Part shown: positions 25,352 to 32,000 of the stretch, in pieces | Layout: each line of letters opens with the position of its first letter | Numbering within the stretch: position 1 is the stretch's first letter | NCBI GenBank assembly: GCA_031316235.1 | Contig: JALDRA010000001.1 | Location: forward strand, 2,340,001-2,372,000 | Length of the DNA: 32,000 bases | Origin: Candidatus Scalindua sp. | GTDB lineage: Bacteria; Planctomycetota; Brocadiia; Brocadiales; Scalinduaceae | Direction: 5' to 3' | The notes under the pieces: model-generated | What the model was told of the DNA's origin: nothing | The model's database searches: none | What the model saw: only the letters and a program-made list of their open reading frames with translations | Made by a program: the position numbers and the translations under genes

Positions 25352-27937
25352 TCAGAATCCGGGGGCCCCGGGGAGTCCGTTTCCTGGTTTTTCAGTTTGT
25401 ATACCCATCTTATTCGCACTTCTGGCAGCATCATCTGCTTTAGCTTTCAGTCTGGCAGACCTTCTCGTTGAGGTTTCTGCCCGTTTCTCGGCTTCCTTAT
25501 CTACTTTTTTAAGATCGGCAATGAGAGAGGCATCAACCTCAGATTCAGCACTCTTTTTCTCCATCTGTCTTAATTTTTCTTTTGAATCTGTTAATGCCTT
25601 CGTTGCATTAATCGACTCTTTCTCCGCCTTGTGAGCCAGTTTCTCTGTATCAGCCACGGCATCAGATGTTGCTGCAATCTCTCCTGCTTTTCCCTCCTCC
25701 GGTTCAGCATCTAAAACTATGTCTTCCGCCGCCAGAACCAAAGCCGTGATCGGCAGAGACTCAAGAATTTGGTCAATGGGTTTGCCAAATGGACACAGGG
25801 GCTTATTACGGCTCAGGCGGAATGGAAGAAATACAAGAGCCGCATCTGCAGACTGGTTTATAATAACATCAGTGTCAACATCGAAAACTACCTCTGGCTC
25901 GGCATCGATACGCACTTCTTCCAGTTTTTGTTGAAGCTGTTTTTTCGTTTCATCTTTACTATGAGCCAGACATGGTGCCATTACCCTGATCTTTGATCCT
26001 TCCCAGGCATCACTTCGGGTCATCAGGTACGCCAGCAGCAGCATGAGATGGCTGCTGTTATCATTCCACCACCAGACATCTATGCGACGCTCCCCGGATG
26101 ATAACAGCAGGAGTTTCTGCCATTCATCAAGTCTTGCATCCAGAGTAATAATGTTGCAGCCCAGCCTGAAAGCGGTTTTCAAATGACGGACATAAATCAA
26201 CTCTCGAATATCTCTCCCCTCAGGCTTCGTATCCAGCCAGTTTAATAGAATCGTATTTGCCTTAAGGGGACCGATCCCGTGAGCTTGTACAAGTATGTGA
26301 ATTCCCTGGTTAAAGTCTGCGGCTGCAATAACCAGGGGAAATGCTTCAATATTATTCTCACGAATGTCGTTCTGCAGCTCCGTCTCAGCTTCTTCCCTGA
26401 GTTCAGGTAGTATTATTCTCTCTCCACAGAGTATCTTAACGGCAGTTATGAATCCACATTCACCTTCAAACCATGATGCAAAATAAAGAAGCTGCTTCCG
26501 GCGTTGAGAATTATCAGAGAACAGAAGGATCTGAGGACGCCAATTGAGAGGATGCTCCTGCTCCTTTGATGCGGCGAGAAGATGCTCCCGAATACGCTCA
26601 ATATGGTGTGAGCGGCGACTGTCTGCCCAGCGTGCAGGGCCGGCAGTCCGTTTAAGATATTGATAAATTGCAAATAACATAGCAGCCGAAATCACACCTG
26701 AGTTTAAATCTATGGCCAGCATGACGAAGAGACATGCCACTGCACCAGCGAGACTTATGTAAGGATTGTACAGTTTGAACCTTGGTCGAAACGATGGGCT
26801 GGCTGTCCTGGCTTCAAAAAAAGCAGCATAATTTAAGAGTCCATATGATATCAGGAAAAACATGGATACGACCGGCGCAATAATGTTCAGTTTACCCAGA
26901 CCTATGGCGGCAAAAGCTATTCCGGCAGAGAGCAAAACTCCTCGTCGAGGGTTTCCGCTGGAACCGTATCCTTTGGCGAAAGGGAGTAAAAATGGAAAAA
27001 TACGATCGGAAGAAAGAGACTGAAGTATGCGGGGAGCTCCAAGGAATGAAGCCATAGCAGAAGATAACGTTGCGGCAATAACACCGGCCAAGACAAGAAA
27101 TTCAACAATGGCCACATGCCTGATTACACCATAGTCACTCATTAAGACATCAGCGGGCCGGGACGCAGCCAGGACAATTCCGGCAAGGTAGTATATCAAT
27201 ATCGAGATGCCGACTGCCAGGAAGGTGCCAAGCGGTAAACTTTTTCCTGCATCCTTTAAATCTCCCGACATGCTTACACCCTGAGTAAAACCAGTGACTG
27301 CCGGAAAAAAGATCGCAAAAAGAGTCCAGAAAGGTAACCCTTTATCAGGATATGACCAGTTTTGTATTAAGAGAGAGTTGTCCCATTGAGTTAAACCACC
27401 CCAGAAAAAAGATATGAGAGCGGCAGTAAGTATACCCATAACTACATACTGAAAACGTGAAGCCCAATTGGTTCCCAGCCAGGCAAACATGAACAGAAAA
27501 GCTACTGACGCGGCGGCGATTATCTGGGGAAGAATTTCCATGTCAGGAGAAACAAACTCCGCTATCACTTCTCCAAAGCCGATACAGTAAAATGCGATGG
27601 AAAGCGACTGGGCAAGGAAAAGTACTATGCCGATAGCTCCTCCGAATTCAAGCCCGAGTGTGCGGGAGATAATATAGTAATCTCCGCCACCCTTGACTTT
27701 CAGGTTCGTGGCAATGGCAGACAGGGAAAAAGTGGTCAGGAGAGAGATCCCGTTGGCCAGCGCCAGAATGACCAGAGCACGTCCCAGGCCGGCATTGCCC
27801 ACTACATAACCCAATCGGAGGAAGAGGATAATACCAAGAATCGTCAGGATACTGGGGGTGAATACCCCGGTAAACATGCCCATCGTTCCTGTTTTTTCAC
27901 CAGTTACGTATGCCTTAGTCCGGTCTTGAACTGTCAT
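25352..27937 (-). CDS. SLC12-like cation-chloride cotransporter (APC superfamily) with long charged C-terminal tail
   Basis: The N-terminus GTMGMFTGVFTPSILTILGIILFLRLGYVVGNAGL is typical of the CCC family. It has about 12 TM helices and a large cytoplasmic C-terminal domain, followed by about 110 aa of Lys/Glu/Ala-rich sequence. Confidence 0.8.
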   Translation of the reverse strand: MTVQDRTKAYVTGEKTGTMGMFTGVFTPSILTILGIILFLRLGYVVGNAGLGRALVILALANGISLLTTFSLSAIATNLKVKGGGDYYIISRTLGLEFGGAIGIVLFLAQSLSIAFYCIGFGEVIAEFVSPDMEILPQIIAAASVAFLFMFAWLGTNWASRFQYVVMGILTAALISFFWGGLTQWDNSLLIQNWSYPDKGLPFWTLFAIFFPAVTGFTQGVSMSGDLKDAGKSLPLGTFLAVGISILIYYLAGIVLAASRPADVLMSDYGVIRHVAIVEFLVLAGVIAATLSSAMASFLGAPRILQSLSSDRIFPFLLPFAKGYGSSGNPRRGVLLSAGIAFAAIGLGKLNIIAPVVSMFFLISYGLLNYAAFFEARTASPSFRPRFKLYNPYISLAGAVACLFVMLAIDLNSGVISAAMLFAIYQYLKRTAGPARWADSRRSHHIERIREHLLAASKEQEHPLNWRPQILLFSDNSQRRKQLLYFASWFEGECGFITAVKILCGERIILPELREEAETELQNDIRENNIEAFPLVIAAADFNQGIHILVQAHGIGPLKANTILLNWLDTKPEGRDIRELIYVRHLKTAFRLGCNIITLDARLDEWQKLLLLSSGERRIDVWWWNDNSSHLMLLLAYLMTRSDAWEGSKIRVMAPCLAHSKDETKKQLQQKLEEVRIDAEPEVVFDVDTDVIINQSADAALVFLPFRLSRNKPLCPFGKPIDQILESLPITALVLAAEDIVLDAEPEEGKAGEIAATSDAVADTEKLAHKAEKESINATKALTDSKEKLRQMEKKSAESEVDASLIADLKKVDKEAEKRAETSTRRSARLKAKADDAARSANKMGIQTEKPGNGLPGAPGF

Positions 27938-27960
27938 TGATTAACGGGTCGCAGAGCAGG

Positions 27961-27985
27961 TATACTCATTTTATAATGGTTTTCG
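27961..27985 (+). repeat. Family-A repeat fragment A9 (left terminus only)
   Basis: TATACTCATTTTATAATGGTTTTCG matches the first 25 nt of the family-A consensus. It lies in the 64-bp spacer between gltA and the CCC gene. Confidence 0.6.
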
Positions 27986-28001
27986 TTCACGCACTGATTC
28001 T

Positions 28002-29300
28002 TTACTTTCTTTTTCCTAGAGAGACATATTTTCTCAATGTATGACCTGTATAAAGCTGACGCGGACGTCCGATTTTCTGTTTCGGGTCTTCAATCATTTC
28101 TTTCCACTGGGCAACCCATCCAATCGTTCTTGCAATTGCAAAAAGAACCGTATACAGATTTGAAGGTATACCAATTGCCTTAAATATTATACCCGAATAA
28201 AAATCCACATTCGGATAGAGTTTGTGTTCTATGAAGTAGGTATCATTTAATGCGATTTCTTCTAATTTTACCGCAATCCTGAGTAATGAATTATCCTGCA
28301 TGCCAAGCTCCGTAAGAACCTTATGGCAGGTATCCTTCAGCACACTGGCTCTTGGATCATAATTCTTATATACCCGGTGACCAAACCCCATAAGCCTGAA
28401 AGGATCAGCCTTGTCTTTAGCCCTTTTAATGAATTTGGGGATATTTTTTATATCACCGATCTCCTCCAGCATATGGATAACGGCTTCATTGGCACCCCCG
28501 TGAGCAGGCCCCCAAAGCGAAGCAATGCCTGCACTGATACATGCAAATGGGTTTGCTCCGGAAGATCCCGCAAGCCTTACCGTAGAGGTGGAAGCATTTT
28601 GTTCGTGATCAGCATGTAAAATAAAAATCGTATCCATTGCCTGTGCAATAACCTTATTAACCTTATACTCTTCAGAAGGTACCGCAAATAACATATGTAA
28701 AAAATTGGCAGTATAATCAAGATCGTTTCTTGGGTAAATAAAAGGTTTGCCAATCGAATATTTATGGGCCATTGCTGCAAGTGTCGGCGTTTTTGCAATC
28801 ATTCTTAACGCAGCAATTTTTCTCTGTTCTTCATCGTAAATATTCAAGGAATCATGATAAAACGCTGAAAGGGAAGCAAATGCCCCGCACATTATCGCCA
28901 TCGGGTGTGAAAAACGAGGAAACCCCCTGTAGAGGAATTGCAGCTGTTCATGCACAAGTGTACGACGCTTTATTTCTGAAACAAAAAGGTCAAATTCTTT
29001 TTTATCAGGCAATTCTCCATTTAACAACAGGTAGCAAACTTCCATAAAGTTACTCTTTTCAGCCAGTTCCGTAGTGTCATAGCCTCTATATCGGAGGATA
29101 CCTTTTTCACCATCAACATACGTTATACTTGATTCACAGGATGCGGTGGACATGAAACCGGGATCATAAGTAAATAGTTCCGCCTCCCTGTAGAGTGCGG
29201 TTATATCAATTGCTTCAGGACCCTCAGTCCCCGTATAAACAGGAAGCGATATATTTTTTTTGCTTTTTTCAATTATCAGTGTGGCTTTTTTACTAGTCAT
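28002..29300 (-). CDS. gltA: Citrate synthase
   Basis: 432 aa with the catalytic motifs [10 protein letters not shown] and [14 protein letters not shown]. Confidence 0.92.
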   Translation of the reverse strand: MTSKKATLIIEKSKKNISLPVYTGTEGPEAIDITALYREAELFTYDPGFMSTASCESSITYVDGEKGILRYRGYDTTELAEKSNFMEVCYLLLNGELPDKKEFDLFVSEIKRRTLVHEQLQFLYRGFPRFSHPMAIMCGAFASLSAFYHDSLNIYDEEQRKIAALRMIAKTPTLAAMAHKYSIGKPFIYPRNDLDYTANFLHMLFAVPSEEYKVNKVIAQAMDTIFILHADHEQNASTSTVRLAGSSGANPFACISAGIASLWGPAHGGANEAVIHMLEEIGDIKNIPKFIKRAKDKADPFRLMGFGHRVYKNYDPRASVLKDTCHKVLTELGMQDNSLLRIAVKLEEIALNDTYFIEHKLYPNVDFYSGIIFKAIGIPSNLYTVLFAIARTIGWVAQWKEMIEDPKQKIGRPRQLYTGHTLRKYVSLGKRK

Positions 29301-29398
29301 TTTTAATAACCTTTTGTGATTTTGCGTTATACTAATGATAAGTTAAGAGGTTGATTATTGAACAGATACGGATATTCCTTTACAAATTTTTTACACTA

Positions 29399-29538
29399 TG
29401 TACTCATCTTACGATGGTTTTCGGATAAAATCCGAGATAAAATTGAGCGAGCACAAGTCCTCGGCGTTTTTTGTCCGGGGTTACCTTCACCACGGTTTGG
29501 TTTCCGGTAAAACCGGAAACCAAACCGGTTTCAGTATA
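29399..29538 (+). repeat. Family-A repeat, copy A10 (long form)
   Basis: The sequence is TGTACTCATCTTACGATGGTTTTCGGATAAAATCCGAGATAAAATTGAGCGAGCACAAGTCCTCGGCGTTTTTTGTCCGGGGTTACCTTCACCACGGTTTGGTTTCCGGTAAAACCGGAAACCAAACCGGTTTCAGTATA. It contains a perfect 16-bp M2 stem. Confidence 0.9.
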
Positions 29539-29727
29539 GCATAGATATTTTTATCCTGGTAGTTAAATCGGAGTTCACCCTCTTTACGATAGAGGTAAAA
29601 GGGAGATGTCTGGATTCCACGGACCGGCAAAATTCCTGAATGTTTTCATTCCCTGTCACTTGATATCATGGCTTTGCCTGTAGCAGATTTTAGCGTGTTA
29701 TCCCGGTATAGACAATTAATTTTTTAT

Positions 29728-29756
29728 TTGAAAGATAACAGGCTACAAGGTACTAT
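29728..29756 (+). promoter_or_regulatory. Sigma70-like promoter candidate for the ankyrin gene
   Basis: TTGAAA (29728-29733), a 17-nt spacer, then TACTAT (29751-29756). An AT-rich tract lies upstream. Confidence 0.35.
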
Positions 29757-29830
29757 GCTGGAGAGTTCTGTAAATGAATAGTCAGTTACGGAAGCCTTCC
29801 GGAAAAAGAGGAGTTTTTAGAGGAGAAATC

Positions 29831-30913
29831 ATGTCCTTTGTTGAAATAGCTCAGACAGGGAATATCGATCAATTAAAAAGACTTATTGCCAAAGGGGTCG
29901 ATGTCAATGACAGAGACGAATACGGTAATACGGCTTTACATAAAGCCGTTCAAATGGGCCCTAAAGCATTGATTAAATTCCTTGTAGCAAATGGTGCTGA
30001 TGTAAATGCGCGAAATAAAAAGAATGAAGTACCCTTACACCTTATTACAGAAGGGCCCCTGGACATCCTTAAGATGGCAAAATTATTACTATCTGCAGGT
30101 GCGGATGTGAATGCCAGTGATGCACAGGAAAAAACACCATTACACTGGGCAGTTGAACGGAATTACTACGACATGGTTAAGGTGCTCGTGAAAAAAGGAG
30201 CTGGGGTAAATGTAAAGGACAAAAGTGGTGATGCACCCCTGCATCAAGCAGCTCAAGGGGGTAATAAGGCCATAGCCAAGTTTCTCATTAAAAAGGGAGC
30301 TGATATCAATTTACAGAATAATAATGGCAAGGCCCCGATAGAGAATGCTGTTCATAATAAACATAAGCGTTTGATCAAATTGTTTATTGCATATGGTGTA
30401 GATATAAATACCAAATTTAAGGATGGACAAACAATGCTCCATCTGGCTGCTCAGGAAAATATGTCAAGGATTGTTAAACTCCTTATTTCCAGAGGAGCTG
30501 ATGTTCAAGGGCAGGATAAAAACGGCAAGACCCCTTTGCATATAGCGGCTTACGAGGGACATGAGAGTATGATCAAATTGCTGTTGAACAGAGGGGCGGA
30601 CATTAATGCGGAGGATGAACAGGGCAACACCCCTTTATATTTCGTGATCAAGCAGGGGAATTATGACATAATGAAATTACTCATTATTAAGGGCGCGGAC
30701 ATAAACCACAGAAACAAGAGCGGCGAAACACCATTACACTGGTCGGTTGATTGTGGGACAAAGGATCAACAAAAATTGATAAAGGTGCTTTTAAAGTATA
30801 AAGTTCATATTAACGTAAAAGATGTGAATGGCGAAACACCTCTCTACTGGGCAAACCAGAGAGGCCATAACGACATTGTTAAAATACTCGAGAGATCAGG
30901 AGCTAAAGAGTAG
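29831..30913 (+). CDS. Ankyrin-repeat protein (about 10-11 ANK repeats)
   Basis: An AGGAG RBS lies 5 nt before ATG 29831. A 33-aa periodicity carries G.TPLH.A...G....V..LL..GADVN throughout. No signal peptide is evident. Confidence 0.88.
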   Translation: MSFVEIAQTGNIDQLKRLIAKGVDVNDRDEYGNTALHKAVQMGPKALIKFLVANGADVNARNKKNEVPLHLITEGPLDILKMAKLLLSAGADVNASDAQEKTPLHWAVERNYYDMVKVLVKKGAGVNVKDKSGDAPLHQAAQGGNKAIAKFLIKKGADINLQNNNGKAPIENAVHNKHKRLIKLFIAYGVDINTKFKDGQTMLHLAAQENMSRIVKLLISRGADVQGQDKNGKTPLHIAAYEGHESMIKLLLNRGADINAEDEQGNTPLYFVIKQGNYDIMKLLIIKGADINHRNKSGETPLHWSVDCGTKDQQKLIKVLLKYKVHINVKDVNGETPLYWANQRGHNDIVKILERSGAKE

Positions 30914-30914
30914 T

Positions 30915-31026
30915 TATACTCATCTCATAATGGTTTTCGGACAAAATCCGGCGAAAAAAGGAGCGAGTAAGGTCCTCGGCGTTTTTTGTCCGGGGATACC
31001 GGCAATCAGGCTCTGGTTTTGGTACA
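30915..31026 (+). repeat. Family-A repeat, copy A11 (long form M1 + insert; variant/degenerate M2)
   Basis: It starts 1 nt after the ankyrin TAG stop. The sequence is TATACTCATCTCATAATGGTTTTCGGACAAAATCCGGCGAAAAAAGGAGCGAGTAAGGTCCTCGGCGTTTTTTGTCCGGGGATACCGGCAATCAGGCTCTGGTTTTGG. The right boundary is uncertain. Confidence 0.8.
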
Positions 31027-31147
31027 AATGAATTAAGCCTTGGTCTTTTAGCCTGGGGGCGTGTAAGATTTCAACACGGGTTTGCGCCTCAAATATTCTC
31101 TCCTGCCTCCTGGATACCTTCTCACAAGCTCTCTGCAGCACCCTTTT

Positions 31148-32000
31148 TTACAGACCCAGGACCAGAGAAATACTGTACTTGAAATCGTATCGTTCATCTT
31201 CGGATGAATCAAGTTCGTTGTATAAGCCAAATTTTACGCCCATGTTACGGTAGTGATTTAAATCAAACTTCCAATCGAGCGTAGTCACGTTACGGTACTC
31301 ACCCTTGTTTGATAGGCTTGGGTAGAAATCGTTAGTGAACCCAAGCGTATGTTTATCCCGGATTTTCCACATCATTTCAACACCCAGGTCCGCTTCAATA
31401 ACCGTTGTATCATTCTCATCGCCTTCAGTATGGTACGTGCTTGGTCCGAACCTGCTGAGGAGCTTCAAATTGTCTTTTTTTATAAATTCATAACCGAGCC
31501 CGGCTGAAGATCTTGTACGATAATCCCAATCCTTGAATCGATCCCAGTCGTAACCGAATTTGGAAAAATAGAACCATTTCGAATTTGGAAGGAGCCAGTC
31601 TCGAATCAGGTTGGCAGTTAAACGATTTTCTTCGACCTCGCTATTCTCCTCTGTCAGAAGGTAAAACATGGAAAAATGCCAGCGCCTTTTATGATCCTTG
31701 TATCTCATTTCGTACAATGAACGAAACTTCGAATTATTCGAGACACCGACCGCCCCGTTGAGGCCGACTTCAAGGGAACGTTTCCAGTTACGAAAGAGTC
31801 TTGAATAGAAAAGACCTTTATCAACATGGGGGATAGCGGTAACCTTTTCACCAGGTGCTGTTTTACCCTCGTAATTGATTGAAGCGATGTGTTCCCATAG
31901 AATGGTAAAGGAGCCAAGATTTGTGTGTTTAATATATAACTCTTTATCGGTTCGCTTTGTAACAATGGCGTGTAACGTGTCGCCATTTTGAAGGGTAATT
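31148..32000 (-). CDS. DUF481-family outer-membrane beta-barrel protein (5' end beyond window)
   Basis: The C-terminus ends in alternating aromatic and hydrophobic strands (...YDFKYSISLVLGL). My manual translation shows the frame of ORF 31148..31717 stays open upstream through position 32000 (...KELYIKHTNLGSFTILWEHIASINYEGK...GLNGAVGVSNNSKFRS...). Confidence 0.7.
   Translation of the reverse strand, partial: ITLQNGDTLHAIVTKRTDKELYIKHTNLGSFTILWEHIASINYEGKTAPGEKVTAIPHVDKGLFYSRLFRNWKRSLEVGLNGAVGVSNNSKFRSLYEMRYKDHKRRWHFSMFYLLTEENSEVEENRLTANLIRDWLLPNSKWFYFSKFGYDWDRFKDWDYRTRSSAGLGYEFIKKDNLKLLSRFGPSTYHTEGDENDTTVIEADLGVEMMWKIRDKHTLGFTNDFYPSLSNKGEYRNVTTLDWKFDLNHYRNMGVKFGLYNELDSSEDERYDFKYSISLVLGL

Noticed and set aside
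542-31026. Family-A repeats as a CRISPR array or an integron attC series
   Set aside because: The copies are dispersed one per intergenic spacer rather than arrayed with short unique spacers. They occur in both orientations and flank ordinary housekeeping genes on both strands. I could not find RYYYAAC/GTTRRRY attC core sites. No cas or intI gene is present.
31705-31986. ORF 31705..31986(-) as a separate gene, or evidence of a frameshift in the DUF481 gene
   Set aside because: Manual translation shows the frame of ORF 31148..31717 remains open upstream to the window edge and gives beta-barrel-like sequence. The 93-aa ORF is an alternative-frame artefact.

Overview
This is a 32-kb bacterial chromosomal window, AT-leaning by eye (GC not computed). 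It holds about 28 supportable protein genes on both strands. All calls rest on reading the ORF translations and the DNA by eye, without any search. Repeat boundaries are good to about 3 nt.

Gene content:
- An island of small envelope or general-stress proteins at 2.1-5.6 kb: a BON lipoprotein, DUF3309, three paralogous coiled-coil proteins, a tandem PepSY-like protein, DUF3185, and DUF1328/UPF0391.
- Oxidative-stress enzymes: a di-haem cytochrome c peroxidase-family protein, rubrerythrin and Fe-superoxide dismutase.
- Calcium handling: a secreted 4x EF-hand protein, a P2-type ATPase and a CaCA exchanger.
- An mlaEFDC lipid-transport operon.
- Phosphoketolase and citrate synthase.
- An orphan HAO-family octahaem cytochrome c.
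- A DUF21/CNNM protein and an SLC12-like cation-chloride cotransporter.
- A protein of about 11 ankyrin repeats.
- A partial DUF481 outer-membrane protein.

This gene mix fits an anaerobic or microaerophilic environmental bacterium. An anammox-type Planctomycete is possible, but that is inference only.

The most unusual signal is non-coding. A roughly 112-nt two-hairpin mosaic repeat (family A) occurs at 12 intergenic loci. It also has a 139-140-nt long form carrying a 27-nt insert. Copies sit inside the mla operon and in the sodB leader. One stem carries paired substitutions that preserve base-pairing. A second family (B, about 166-170 bp) has 25-bp terminal inverted repeats and 9-bp target-site duplications, so it is a genuine MITE. 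No CRISPR array, rRNA, tRNA, transposase, integrase or recognisable defence genes were seen.
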